IMG/VR virus record: IMGVR_UViG_3300005613_000001
Coordinates: 66,279 to 130,278 of that record
DNA: 64,000 nucleotides
Strand: one strand, 5' to 3'
From: a virus
Below are positions 47,821 through 57,890 of this stretch, in pieces. The notes beneath the pieces are model-generated. The model had not been told where the DNA came from. It worked only from the letters and a program-made list of their open reading frames with translations, and made no database searches. The position numbers were made by a program, and so were the translations under genes. Each line of letters opens with the position of its first letter. The first letter of the stretch is position 1.

Positions 47821-48210
47821 TTACATCCACGACCCAAGGGCTGGCACTTTTGTTCGTCTCGCTACGCTCAACTCGCTCTCAGTGCCAGCATTTTTGCTCC
47901 GCAAAAATGTCATGGTTTTACGCCGCCGATTATAACAAAGAGGACTCAAGAAAATTGTTAAATCAGGGGCTTGCACTACACCTTGCTCTACTGCAATTAA
48001 TCTATCCAATCCTTGCTCTAGCATTTCCTCTTCCATGCTCCATGTGTCAATCCAATGAGAGTCGGAAATGTCTTTTGCATTTTCCAGTAATTGTCCCAAT
48101 CTCCAATCAGGGTTTTTCTCCCACAAAATTCTGATCTTTTCTAATATCTTTGGGATGCGCTCTGGATCACGCATGTTAGCCTCACTCGTTAATCTTGAGA
48201 GGTTTGCCAT
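47821..48210 (-). CDS. hypothetical protein
   Basis: 129-aa ORF, followed by 48182..48505. Confidence 0.4.
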   Translation of the reverse strand: MANLSRLTSEANMRDPERIPKILEKIRILWEKNPDWRLGQLLENAKDISDSHWIDTWSMEEEMLEQGLDRLIAVEQGVVQAPDLTIFLSPLCYNRRRKTMTFLRSKNAGTESELSVARRTKVPALGSWM

Positions 48211-48671
48211 AATAAATCAAAATATTGTAACGCACAGAATCCGCAGCCTGTCCGTATCGATCATTCTCTAAAGTAAAATCAATAAGAACACAACCTTCAG
48301 GGCAAAGTTTTTTAAGAGCTTCAGGAAGGGGAATATAACGACTGCGAAAATTATATTCCTTTTTCGTCCTTCCAAACCACCCCTTCTTTTCTACTTCTAT
48401 ATCAACAAAATCATCAAATACCCGAACTTCTTTCGTTTCTTTATCAACCACAAACCGACGCTTGACTTGGAATACATTTTCAAATACTTCTGGGTCTATC
48501 TTCATCCTTAAAGTCCCTATTTTTTAATTGGAATACTTGCTAACTTTCTTACTTTTCCATCTATCATCCCAAGCAATACCCTAACCCACTTACAACTCTC
48601 CATGTCAATGACAGGTGGACTAAGCCAAACCTTATCTGCTTTAGCAATAAATTCTGAATTATATCTCATAG

Positions 48672-48745
48672 TACGCCCGGTAGGACTCGAACCTACGACC
48701 TACAGATTAGAAATCTGTTGCTGCTGTCCTCTGAGCTACGGGCGC
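48672..48745 (-). tRNA. tRNA-Arg(TCT)
   Basis: Perfect anticodon stem ACAGA/TCTGT with loop TTTCTAA, T arm GTAGG-TTCGAGT-CCTAC and acceptor GCGCCCG/CGGGCGT. The D stem has one mismatch. Confidence 0.65.
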
Positions 48746-48965
48746 TCCAAATCTTCCTTTCTTGTTGTAAAGCCTTAATCAAATCATCAATGTCTTCAGG
48801 TACATCTAATGAAATTTGCACCTGTTTGCAATCATCTGATAATTTCATCAAACCAACGTAATCAATTACCAAATCATAATCGCCAGTTTGAACATGCTCG
48901 TCTACACAAACATCCCACACACCTTCAGAGCCATTACCAGCCAAACCCATTCTCTCTTCATCCAT
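48693..48965 (-). CDS. hypothetical acidic protein whose 3' end overlaps the tRNA-Arg(TCT) gene
   Basis: 90-aa ORF. Its last 17 residues are a translation of the tRNA sequence, so the true stop or extent is uncertain. Confidence 0.3.
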   Translation of the reverse strand: MDEERMGLAGNGSEGVWDVCVDEHVQTGDYDLVIDYVGLMKLSDDCKQVQISLDVPEDIDDLIKALQQERKIWSARSSEDSSNRFLICRS

Positions 48966-49260
48966 TTTATCACCTTTAAAAATCGGCCTGGGGGCAGGAC
49001 TTCACCTTTTCACCTTCCCCCTAGACCGATTTAGCAACATCTAACTTCGGGGGATTCTAATACGTCCGCAATCAAATCTTCATCCCTTAAACCTTCCGGT
49101 ATGTCGTTCCCCGGACAAACCCACGCAAATTCAGGATCGCGGTGGCACAATAAACCATTTCGCTCTTCCATTCTGGTTACTTCAACAGGAGCTAAAGCAA
49201 ACAAACCGTACTTCAATAAAATCTTACGAACGGCTTGCTGGTCAGCATTCAAATCAGTAA

Positions 49261-49668
49261 TTACTTGCATACTTGTTCTCCCCATTCTAAATAAATTTCT
49301 TCCATTTTTTTAACATCCAGTCCCACAAATCCACCTTCCTTTGAAATCGCCTCATTATTCATTCTCTCCACAATATTTTGAGGCGGCTTAATCAACAGTG
49401 GAATTACATTGTAACAAAAATGAACCGACTCATGGGGATGTTCCCGCATCGCTCTAAATAAATGAGGCGCGGCTTCTTCTCCCATAGCGACAACGGCAAC
49501 GCAACTTGGATCATCGGGCTTATGAAATGACATAAAGGCATTTCGCTTGTGGTAATCCAAAACGTGCTTTAGAACGCATTCATAAGTCACTGTATCACTC
49601 AGCATCGCCATCATCCCTACGATAATTTCGCAGTTCGCCAATAACTTGTGCAACCTGCAAGGGGTCAA
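49261..49668 (-). CDS. hypothetical protein
   Basis: 135-aa ORF in a run of overlapping minus-strand ORFs from 49031 to 49987. Confidence 0.35.
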   Translation of the reverse strand: MTPCRLHKLLANCEIIVGMMAMLSDTVTYECVLKHVLDYHKRNAFMSFHKPDDPSCVAVVAMGEEAAPHLFRAMREHPHESVHFCYNVIPLLIKPPQNIVERMNNEAISKEGGFVGLDVKKMEEIYLEWGEQVCK

Positions 49669-49987
49669 GTTTCAATTCATTTTTCAGGAAACCAAAAACA
49701 CAAGCATCATGTTCAGCCGCTTCTGCACAATGCAAAAGGTTCATCGCATGTTGTCTTGCAACTTCAGGAGTCCATTGAGTCTTCCTGGTATCTCCTTCCC
49801 AGAAATAATGCACAAATGGCTTCCCTTCAGGGTTACAACCAGAAGCCATGCTTATTCGTTCTCGCCCATCCGGGGGATCATCGGGAAGTTCTTCTACTTT
49901 GAAAGTACCCAAATTATCTTGAGCAATTTCATACGCATCTTCTAGATTGCCAGCTTCTACTTCGTAACTGAAGAGGTATTTCGGCAT
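49595..49987 (-). CDS. hypothetical protein
   Basis: 130-aa ORF. Confidence 0.35.
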   Translation of the reverse strand: MPKYLFSYEVEAGNLEDAYEIAQDNLGTFKVEELPDDPPDGRERISMASGCNPEGKPFVHYFWEGDTRKTQWTPEVARQHAMNLLHCAEAAEHDACVFGFLKNELKLDPLQVAQVIGELRNYRRDDGDAE

Positions 49988-50051
49988 TAGAATCCCCCAC
50001 TAAAAATGAACCAAAGAAACAAAATGGTTCCACCCACTACGACTAGGGATG

Positions 50052-50543
50052 CTAAGTATTCCCTAATTGTTGGCGTTCCTTGTACCATTTCCATCTCCAT
50101 CTTAGTTTTTTCCACACGCCCCACGGAAGGTCAATTTCATAATTATAAAGATGTATGGATTTGCCATCTTTGCGATAATATATTATGCGGGAAAAATCAT
50201 CCATTCCATACATCCATACATTCTCTGTAACTTCTACTTTACCGACGCCTGGAACTTGAACGATGTTTGATCTATGAAGATGAACTACGATAGGAAATCC
50301 AATTTCGGGAAGATCTTCCAAATAAACTGCGGTTGCCTTTATTTGATAGTCCCCAAGACCCCGACTATACTCAGTCGCCGGGGGCCACAACGCCCAGCCT
50401 AGCAGTAAGAATTTAGCCATTTTCTCTTGCGGCTGTGATAGCGTCTTCCAGCCATCCTTCATTTTCAAGACCGCTACACTGACTACATGTTGAATAAGGT
50501 CGGAACAAGTAGTCTTCGGGCAGCTTTTCAAGTGGAATGCCAC
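50052..50543 (-). CDS. hypothetical protein
   Basis: 163-aa ORF. Confidence 0.35.
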   Translation of the reverse strand: MAFHLKSCPKTTCSDLIQHVVSVAVLKMKDGWKTLSQPQEKMAKFLLLGWALWPPATEYSRGLGDYQIKATAVYLEDLPEIGFPIVVHLHRSNIVQVPGVGKVEVTENVWMYGMDDFSRIIYYRKDGKSIHLYNYEIDLPWGVWKKLRWRWKWYKERQQLGNT

Positions 50544-50748
50544 AATGGCGACAATATGTGAATACAGGCGATCCAGCAGGCAGAGTGGAATTATTCACCT
50601 TTTTGACTTTTTCATCTACAAATTTCTTACGTCGAACAAATTGAAGAATCGCCGTTTCCTTCGCCAGTTCCATTGTGGTCGGAGGAACATGTCTTTCTTC
50701 AACTGCCATCTCTTCCAGCAGGCCAAAAAAGTCATCACTCATGCTCAT
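50413..50748 (-). CDS. zinc-ribbon protein
   Basis: CRHCG...CSQCSG. Confidence 0.35.
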   Translation of the reverse strand: MSMSDDFFGLLEEMAVEERHVPPTTMELAKETAILQFVRRKKFVDEKVKKVNNSTLPAGSPVFTYCRHCGIPLEKLPEDYLFRPYSTCSQCSGLENEGWLEDAITAARENG

Positions 50749-50750
50749 TC

Positions 50751-51053
50751 TTACTTTTCCTGATATCTACGGTCTCTTCTTCTTAGTCCACCGAGAATTT
50801 CCATCAAATCATTAAGAATGAATCCCATTCTAAAGTCAAACTCTACTTTTTCCGTGCCGCCACTTGGAATTTGGTCACGATAATCAGTCAAAACTTGTTC
50901 TGCCAACTGTTCCGCATTCATGAAAACGATATTTCGCATTCTACTTGCAGCTTCTTTACATATCGCCTCAAATTCCGCATCACTTACAGCTTCATTAACA
51001 TTCATCTTATCACCCATTCTTATCATACCATAAAAAATAGCATTGTAAAGCAT
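50751..51053 (-). CDS. hypothetical protein
   Basis: 100-aa ORF. Its start codon abuts the tRNA-Arg(CCT) 3' end. Confidence 0.35.
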   Translation of the reverse strand: MLYNAIFYGMIRMGDKMNVNEAVSDAEFEAICKEAASRMRNIVFMNAEQLAEQVLTDYRDQIPSGGTEKVEFDFRMGFILNDLMEILGGLRRRDRRYQEK

Positions 51054-51123
51054 CCCCGGCAGGATTCGAACCTGCGACCTACAGTTTAGGAAACTGTTGC
51101 TCTATCCCCTGAGCTACGGGGAC
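51051..51123 (-). tRNA. tRNA-Arg(CCT)
   Basis: D arm GCTC-AGGGGAT-AGAGC, anticodon stem ACAGT/ACTGT with loop TTCCTAA, T arm GCAGG-TTCGAAT-CCTGC and acceptor GTCCCCG/CGGGGAT. Confidence 0.8.
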
Positions 51124-51139
51124 TCTATTATTAAAACAG

Positions 51140-51505
51140 TTAAGTTTTTGCTTTTTTCTCTGTTGGCTTAGCCTTCATATTAGCCTTTACCTCTTCAGGC
51201 TTAATTTCAGGTTTTTTGCCATTCCCATTTCCACGCCCATAATCCGTAATATAAAACCCTGTGCCCTTAAAAATAAGTCCGCAGCCACCCGAAATAACCC
51301 GCCTCAATTTTAATTTGCCACAATCGGGACATTTCTTTTTAGGTCGATCTTTAATACCTTGAAAAATTTCGGTGGTTTTCCCACAGGCATCGCACTCATA
51401 ATCATAATGTGGCATTTTTCTTCCTCGCTTTATACTTCCTATCAAACGAGTCAAGTTTAGCCAAATCCATATTGGCTGATTGACTCCGCATTTTCCCGCC
51501 TTCAA
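51140..51505 (-). CDS. FmdB-family zinc-ribbon protein
   Basis: MPHYDYECDACGKT...CPDCGK, with a probable internal start near 51415. Confidence 0.55.
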   Translation of the reverse strand: MKAGKCGVNQPIWIWLNLTRLIGSIKRGRKMPHYDYECDACGKTTEIFQGIKDRPKKKCPDCGKLKLRRVISGGCGLIFKGTGFYITDYGRGNGNGKKPEIKPEEVKANMKAKPTEKKAKT

Positions 51506-52286
51506 AAAATAACTCTAACATTCTTTCTCTGGGCAGGAGTTTAGTGGTTTTATCATCAACCCGTGGTCCCCAGCCCAATCTTGCCATAAAATTCAGCAAT
51601 GCATCGGGATCATAGTGTTTGCTTGCATATTCTAATACACTCGCTGCCCCGTCGCGCTTAGATAGCTTCTTCCCCTGAAAATGTATCAATCCCACATGGG
51701 CATACTTGGGAATCGGAGCCCCAGATGGTGAAACCGCATCCAACATTTTATATAGTGCAATTTGCCTGCTTGTATTGGTAATGTGATCGTGACCCCGAAT
51801 TACAAAATTAATTTCGTAATTCCAATCATCTACAACACACGACCAATGATAAGTTGCCATCCCATCTGATTTAATCAGAACAATACCTTTATTGATATGG
51901 CCTTTATCATCTTGGGAAATTGGAATTTCACCGGCAATTTCATCTACCCAAAAGTCAGGAACATCAATTGGATTTGAGATAATCGCCCCATTTTCTTCTC
52001 TAGCAAACCCTTCTCGCACCAGAGATTGAGCCATCCTTTGATATTCGTCAACATTATTACATTGTTGAATAATTGTCTCATAATCAAGACCCAACCAAAG
52101 CATACAATCAATAATGTTAGCCGCATGTTCCCATTTGCTTCTTTCCCTATCTGTATTATCCAAGCGCAGAAAGAACTTCCCCCCTGTAGAGCGGGCTGCT
52201 AACCAGTTAAAGTAGGCAGTTCGGGCTGTTCCCAGGTGGAAATCCCCCGTTGGAGAGGGGGCAATCCGGGTATTGTAGGTATTCAT
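51402..52286 (-). CDS. gluQ: glutamyl-Q tRNA(Asp) synthetase-like protein, a GluRS catalytic-domain-only paralog
   Basis: RIAPSPTGDFHLGT, a HIGH-type motif. It is 294 aa with no anticodon-binding domain, and the C-terminal KLSKRDGAASVLEY is a KMSKS-like motif. Confidence 0.75.
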   Translation of the reverse strand: MNTYNTRIAPSPTGDFHLGTARTAYFNWLAARSTGGKFFLRLDNTDRERSKWEHAANIIDCMLWLGLDYETIIQQCNNVDEYQRMAQSLVREGFAREENGAIISNPIDVPDFWVDEIAGEIPISQDDKGHINKGIVLIKSDGMATYHWSCVVDDWNYEINFVIRGHDHITNTSRQIALYKMLDAVSPSGAPIPKYAHVGLIHFQGKKLSKRDGAASVLEYASKHYDPDALLNFMARLGWGPRVDDKTTKLLPRERMLELFFEGGKMRSQSANMDLAKLDSFDRKYKARKKNATL

Positions 52287-52304
52287 GGCTCTTCTCGTAC
52301 AATT

Positions 52305-52646
52305 TCAGTATCCAGAGCTACGTTTACAAACAGCGTAACTTAGGCCAGTGGAATCATCTGTTAAGACGATATTTCCATTTTCCTGAATGAGTTTCGCTGT
52401 TCTGAAATCAAAGTCATTATCAAGTACATTTACGCACTCAATTCTAGCCCAAGGAATTATTCGCTCAACACAATCTCCTACAGCCACACTTTTTTCACCC
52501 ATTGCAGATGATGAACCAAAATGAAACGTCCTACATAGTAGTCGCACATGAGTAATGGTGTATTCTTTGAGTTTTCCGATGAATAAATGATTTTTAGCCT
52601 CTTTATAAGGTTTTACTGATCTTACTTTCCAAATTTCGTCGTACAT
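52305..52646 (-). CDS. hypothetical protein
   Basis: 113-aa ORF between gluQ and the tRNA-like gene. Confidence 0.4.
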   Translation of the reverse strand: MYDEIWKVRSVKPYKEAKNHLFIGKLKEYTITHVRLLCRTFHFGSSSAMGEKSVAVGDCVERIIPWARIECVNVLDNDFDFRTAKLIQENGNIVLTDDSTGLSYAVCKRSSGY

Positions 52647-52662
52647 AATTCTCCTAAATTAG

Positions 52663-52745
52663 TGGAGGCGAGGGGATTCGAACCCCTATCTCACAAGATC
52701 TCCCGAAGGTTTTAACGTGTGGCTCTCCCGTTGAGCTACGCCCCC
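52663..52745 (-). tRNA. tRNA-like gene with encoded CCA and a non-canonical 18-nt anticodon loop; anticodon unassigned
   Basis: Canonical acceptor GGGGGCG/CGCCTCC followed by ACCA, D arm GCTC-AACGGGA-GAGC and T arm AGGGG-TTCGAAT-CCCCT. The anticodon stem is ACACG/CTTGT but encloses an 18-nt loop TTAAAACCTTCGGGAGAT in place of the usual 7 nt. Confidence 0.55.
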
Positions 52746-52749
52746 TGGA

Positions 52750-53622
52750 TTATATACCCGACAACCGACGACCAATTGTAGGATTTAATCCATCCTGGTT
52801 GCATTCCACTTCTGGTTCTGCACCATTAAAAACAACATCTGACTGGTTAATCACCTTAGTCAAAATTGGCATTTCCACAGCAGCAATCTCACGACGAGTA
52901 ATAACCAAATCAGGATTACTACGAGCTTCATGCCGTTCGGGAAGATTACTAAGCTCTTCCGCTGTGAAAGCACGCTCTATGTGCCTTCTTTGGAAATAGC
53001 CGCCTCTTTTATCTCTATCCCGAGTATCATTCCAATTAATACCCTTCTCTGAGAAGAGTAATTCTTGGATTTCATCACAACTCTTATTCTGCAACCGAGC
53101 ATGCGAAAAGTTCGCTTGACCCAGCATTTGAATTGAATTGCGCGTTGCATCTTGTTCCCTCCAAACAAGAGCATTTACTGCCTCTGCTTTGTTTGGAACA
53201 CTGAAACAACGACAATCAAACTGCGGACGTTGCCCTGCCTTTGAAGGAATATAATCCTCCAAATGGCTCGCAAAATATAACGAGGCGGCTGATGCCAGTA
53301 GTGAATTTAACTTATCCACTTTACCATCTAGGTGAATTTGCGAATTATGACTTTCAGCATACAAAACCAACGTGATTTCATCGCTTTGGGTGTATCCGAT
53401 ACATGCATTCGTTTCTTCAACTAGATATCGGGTTGTTCTATCCATAAGATCGGTCATTCCACGATCAAACGGACGGTCTAATCCTCTAGTGAATGTGTGA
53501 AATGCTCTCCCGTCCAGACGAATTACCGCTGGAACTAGGGGCATTAAATAAGTTAAATTTGAACCGAAGTGTCGCTCATAGAACTTCATTCGGTCGCCTA
53601 AACTTTCATGTTTTGGCATCAT
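52750..53622 (-). CDS. thg1: Thg1-like tRNA(His) guanylyltransferase / 3'-5' nucleotide polymerase
   Basis: ESLGDRMKFYE...PLVPAVIRLDGRAFHTFTRGLDRPFD matches the Thg1 N-terminal palm signature. Confidence 0.75.
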   Translation of the reverse strand: MMPKHESLGDRMKFYERHFGSNLTYLMPLVPAVIRLDGRAFHTFTRGLDRPFDRGMTDLMDRTTRYLVEETNACIGYTQSDEITLVLYAESHNSQIHLDGKVDKLNSLLASAASLYFASHLEDYIPSKAGQRPQFDCRCFSVPNKAEAVNALVWREQDATRNSIQMLGQANFSHARLQNKSCDEIQELLFSEKGINWNDTRDRDKRGGYFQRRHIERAFTAEELSNLPERHEARSNPDLVITRREIAAVEMPILTKVINQSDVVFNGAEPEVECNQDGLNPTIGRRLSGI

Positions 53623-53902
53623 TTGCTCCTTGTGACCATTTTCCTGGCTTCGGGAAAATGGTACAATTCCAATTAACCGTTAGCCTTTTCCTCAAAATCC
53701 TCAGGACACCAACCCCCGCCTGCCGCAAGTCTAGCCATGTCATACATAATTTGCATCAAATTAACATCTTGAACAGTTCTCATAATGCCCAACGCTTCAC
53801 TTGCAGCGGCGATAAGCTCAGCGCCTTCTTCCATTTCGCCAACAGCATTGCCTACCGCACCATCAATTGCATCCTCAAGCTTCTTAATGGTTTCCTTCAT
53901 CA

Positions 53903-54340
53903 TCAATCCTCCCAAGGGAACTTGATCCAATCTTCACCCTTTAGCCGAGTGAAGAAATCAGGCTTATAAACATCATTCGGCTTCCAGAACAAAACCCCAA
54001 CTGCATCCTGTTCTCGTAGCCCAAAATGCTCCCGAAACGTAGTAATCGTAGAACCGCCATCAACTAAATCGTCTATAATTAAACACGCCTCAAAATTTGA
54101 AACATGAAAAGACGATGTTTCAACTAGAGGCGCAGTGCGGTATTCAGTATCATTATAGTGGCTTATTCTTACCGAAAAATGCGGTAAGCTAAGAGCCTGG
54201 GCTACTTTCCTACTTAAATAGACGCCTCCCTCTCTAATCCCAACAACAACGTGAAACTGTCTGCCACTTTGTTTTACCTGAGATATTAATTCTCTTAAAA
54301 GAGCATCAATTTGTTGATCGTTATAAAATACTTCGTTCAT
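53903..54340 (-). CDS. hypoxanthine/guanine phosphoribosyltransferase-like type I PRTase
   Basis: HVVVGIREGGVYLSRKV...EACLIIDDLVDGGSTI PRPP-binding motif at 145 aa. Confidence 0.7.
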   Translation of the reverse strand: MNEVFYNDQQIDALLRELISQVKQSGRQFHVVVGIREGGVYLSRKVAQALSLPHFSVRISHYNDTEYRTAPLVETSSFHVSNFEACLIIDDLVDGGSTITTFREHFGLREQDAVGVLFWKPNDVYKPDFFTRLKGEDWIKFPWED

Positions 54341-54899
54341 AATAGAAGTATTTTATAATATATCACCTTAATCTGCAAGGAAATACTTTGGTAACTCTAT
54401 TCTCTGGGAGCGGACCTCTCATTTTAAAACATTTGGGGCACATATCACAATCAAACATACTATGTATGCCGCCCCATAAAAACTTATGCCAATTGTGACC
54501 GCCTGTAATCCAACACCAAAACTTTTGCCATTTTGTCGTTGGGGGCACAGAAGTATTGGGAAACTTCTCTCGGGCATAAAATTCTTGCGGTTCAACCATA
54601 TCCAACTCCCTTAAATCGATAAAGTCATTTGGACCGCCTTTATCCAATGTGAGCCTCACGCTGCTGCTCTTAGACATGCCATTATCTCTTGATCTATTTC
54701 CTGATTTATCTCCCGTGCCAACAACTCCGTTAGCTCGCTTTCACAATCTAATTTGTGCCATTGTCTTAAATCCTCTGCCGAATCACGGGACCAAACAGCC
54801 CTAAGCTTTCGGTCTTTAGGAGGCGGAGGAACAGAGGCTTTAGGCGGAGTAAGAGCAGTAGGTGCTGCCACAAAGGCGGCAAACGCTTTTAAGAATGAT

Positions 54900-55193
54900 C
54901 TACGATTCATTCTCTTCTCCCTTAGAAAGACGCTTTTTTCGCTCTTGATACTTAACAACAATAATAAATATCACAAGAGCAGCAATCACCACCAAAAATG
55001 CCCAAGAGGTTGCTAGGTACTTAAAGAAAATGCCAACACCGACCCAACCGTATTGTTGGACTCCCTCATATGTAGCCCAACCCAACGCGCCAACATACAC
55101 GGCAACCAGAAGAACCCAAAAATACCAAGGCGGCGGCTCTGGATTCTTTTTCCGCTCTTCTAAGCGTTCGTTCCATTGTTTGAAAAATTTCAT
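54900..55193 (-). CDS. small membrane protein
   Basis: Two hydrophobic helices. Confidence 0.35.
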   Translation of the reverse strand: MKFFKQWNERLEERKKNPEPPPWYFWVLLVAVYVGALGWATYEGVQQYGWVGVGIFFKYLATSWAFLVVIAALVIFIIVVKYQERKKRLSKGEENES

Positions 55194-55515
55194 TCTATCA
55201 CCTGTATGAACTGCCTCAAAGGTCCAAATTTGATTGGAAGTTCTAAAATCTTGCCGGAACCATCAAGAAACGCCTCAACAATCTTCTGGGTGATATCATC
55301 CGGGGCGGTTGTCTCGTTCTGCCCAACTGAAAGATGCCAAATTGGTTTTGGGAAATCAGGAACTATTTCATACGTTAAGAATATTTTTAAACTCAAACCC
55401 TCAAACTCAACATCTCGCAATCCCTGTTTGGGAGCTATAACATTCTCCCTAAGATCGTGGGGAAACTCTCTTGCCACACGGCGCATATCCAAAACCGTAT
55501 CGTGCAAGTCCATGA

Positions 55516-55986
55516 TTAATTCTCTTCAGGATGAATTTGATGTTGTTCGTAAATCGTCTCATTTGGCTTTTCGCAATGAATATGCCAACGAGTAATCTCT
55601 GGATTCCACCTAACAAAACACTTCATTGCAATCGGACCATTCTCGTATTCCCGCAAATCAAATTGCCTCATTGTCATTGCCTGAGATGGTGCAGGCGATT
55701 TTAAAGAACTACAGAGTTCCTCATTGTTTTCAAAAAATTGAGCCAATGAAGCGAGTTGAGAAGGCAAATCAGGGACGGGGATTCGACCCTTTTGTATATC
55801 ATCCTGTAGCTCTGGGCTAAACGAAACTGCATAAGGAGTTAAACCCTCTTTGGGAGGATCAAGAGACACCTTAATTCTTTCATCCGGCACGATGAGTCTC
55901 CTTAAGATAATATGCATTGCAGAATCAAAAATAACAGAACTGGAAGCGAAAACATGACGCCTCCAATTATCACTGTTACCCTCCAA
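55516..55986 (-). CDS. hypothetical protein
   Basis: 156-aa ORF. Neighbouring ORFs 54363..54677, 54656..54961 and 55190..55513 are also unassigned. Confidence 0.35.
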   Translation of the reverse strand: MEGNSDNWRRHVFASSSVIFDSAMHIILRRLIVPDERIKVSLDPPKEGLTPYAVSFSPELQDDIQKGRIPVPDLPSQLASLAQFFENNEELCSSLKSPAPSQAMTMRQFDLREYENGPIAMKCFVRWNPEITRWHIHCEKPNETIYEQHQIHPEEN

Positions 55987-56296
55987 AGCCCTTCATACCC
56001 TGGATCGGGTTTTCCATTCCACCAGTAAGTGACTCCACAGCCTATTAAGAAAACTATTAAAAGAATAAGTCCACTGTTCATTAACACACCTTCGCGGACG
56101 ATCCGCCACCTGATTTATGAGAGGCGGTATTCCCCGATTTGTGTCTTGTGAAACAAAATCTCTTGGGTGGGGGATCAGGCGGATCTTCGTCGGGGCCACA
56201 CCCGCATCCACAACTGTTTTCGGGTTTTGGCACACCATTGGACATCCCTGGTCCTACACCTGTTACTGAATTTGCACCCATAGATACCTCCTGTAT

Positions 56297-56884
56297 CTAT
56301 TTAGTCCATTTCCTAAGAAGTCTTACACGTTCTTTGCAAAAATCTCTTCTCTCGTCAGACGACAACGATTCAACATTAGAAACTTGCACCCACGTTGCCC
56401 AAACATCATCTTCTTTCGGAAAAGAAGCTACATGCTCTCGCAAACAAGTTAGCCACTCTTCGGGCAATCTATCTAATTCCTGTTTGGTTATGTGTTCAAA
56501 GATTGAATTGATAGCTTCATGCTTCGTAATTTTGCCCTGTTCGTATCGCTCAATAATATTTACAGCCTTGTATTTTCCTGAACGTCTATGCACTTCTTCA
56601 ATCCCTAAATTTGCGACTTCTTTTTGTGACTGCTGATTATTACATTGATTACAAGCAAGCACAGTACGAGCTTCAGACGTATGATTAGGCTCCCGCCTCT
56701 TTTTATGTAATTTACTTCGTAGGTGTTCTAAGGTAGCTCTCAAGGGGAAGTTGGAAAACCTCAAGGGCATATTTTGTTTGGGTGCAACTTGAACCAAAAC
56801 CGTAGGCTTACCGCAGTAATAACAGTTGGGATTCTCCAACCAGAGTTTCATTAACCTTTTTCTATTGCGTCCCGTGTGCGCCAT
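56297..56884 (-). CDS. HNH endonuclease
   Basis: CYYCGK...ATLEHLRSK...CNQCNN. Confidence 0.55.
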   Translation of the reverse strand: MAHTGRNRKRLMKLWLENPNCYYCGKPTVLVQVAPKQNMPLRFSNFPLRATLEHLRSKLHKKRREPNHTSEARTVLACNQCNNQQSQKEVANLGIEEVHRRSGKYKAVNIIERYEQGKITKHEAINSIFEHITKQELDRLPEEWLTCLREHVASFPKEDDVWATWVQVSNVESLSSDERRDFCKERVRLLRKWTK

Positions 56885-57106
56885 GTCTTACAGAGTTAAT
56901 CTTTTCTTGATTTATAATTGTCTCAATAGCCCCATAGTCCGCATGATTTATCTCTACGGCGGCTACCTCGCCAACTATTTTACCATCTTCTTCAACATCT
57001 TTCAACTTCATACTTATACAAACTTCCAATAATTTATGTTTTTGCCAAGGGGTAAGGTTCATACACGCAAGCCATTTAACTTCTCCATCCGGTGTCTTTC
57101 TTCCAG

Positions 57107-57460
57107 CTAGCCTCTTTTCCGCCATTTAAGATACCTCGATAACTTGGGGTGGGATTTCAGTTTGCTACGAGTGTTGTATTTTCTGCCCAATTCCTTTTCT
57201 TTAGCTACCGTGTGTATCATCTTATGACACAGTTTGCAAACATCCATGCCTTCTTGAAGTTGTTCTTTGGTGTATCGTTTCTTGAACCATTTATTCTTAT
57301 GAAGGGTGCTTGGAATGAAGTGGTGGAAATTATAAGCGTCTTCGCAATTGCAGAATTCACAGCTTGATCTTACAGAAGTCTTCCCATAGTTTTCTTTCTC
57401 TTTCATAAGTTCTCTTCGTTTTTCTAGGCGGTTCCCAATCGCTTTTATCACCTTTTTCAA
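57107..57460 (-). CDS. HNH endonuclease (small)
   Basis: CEFCNC...FHHFIP...CKLCHKMIH. Confidence 0.5.
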   Translation of the reverse strand: MKKVIKAIGNRLEKRRELMKEKENYGKTSVRSSCEFCNCEDAYNFHHFIPSTLHKNKWFKKRYTKEQLQEGMDVCKLCHKMIHTVAKEKELGRKYNTRSKLKSHPKLSRYLKWRKRG

Positions 57461-57890
57461 ACGCCTCTAATGCATTCCTTACCTTTCCTATATCCACTTC
57501 ATATTGATCTTCCCAATCTTGTTCAGCATGCCCCCAACTCTCATCAACATGCTCCCCCGCGACAACGCGGTAATAATCAAAACCTAATGAGGCGGCTAAT
57601 GCTCTGTAATATCGGGGCGTTCTCTCTTCACGATGGATTTCAAATATCCTGGCCCCTTCTTGACAACAAATAATATTAGCAAAACCCGCCCCGTGTGTCC
57701 CCCCAACAGCAATTGCCTCATGCATTACCCTAAACTGCTCGGCCATTGGCATAGTTTCAAAATGAACCGTTTCATACCCATAATGTTCAAACAGCTTCCT
57801 TATTTCCACTTCATTTTCAGCCTTACGCCATTGAAGTTCCCTTGAAATGAATATTTTTCTAGTTACGTAAAACAAATCGCTTGAAATCAT
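57357..57890 (-). pseudogene. C-terminal fragment of a GT61/DUF563-type glycosyltransferase
   Basis: EQFRVMHEAIAVGGTHGAGFANI matches the DUF563 C-terminal signature. The N-terminal about 200 aa of the family are missing. Confidence 0.4.

Noticed and set aside
52663-52745. Tried to assign the aberrant tRNA as tRNA-His because Thg1 is adjacent, or as Leu(TAA).
   Set aside because: No GTG is present in the loop region. Every 5-bp stem with a 7-nt loop that I tried by hand failed. Anticodon identity is left open for tRNAscan-SE or ARAGORN.
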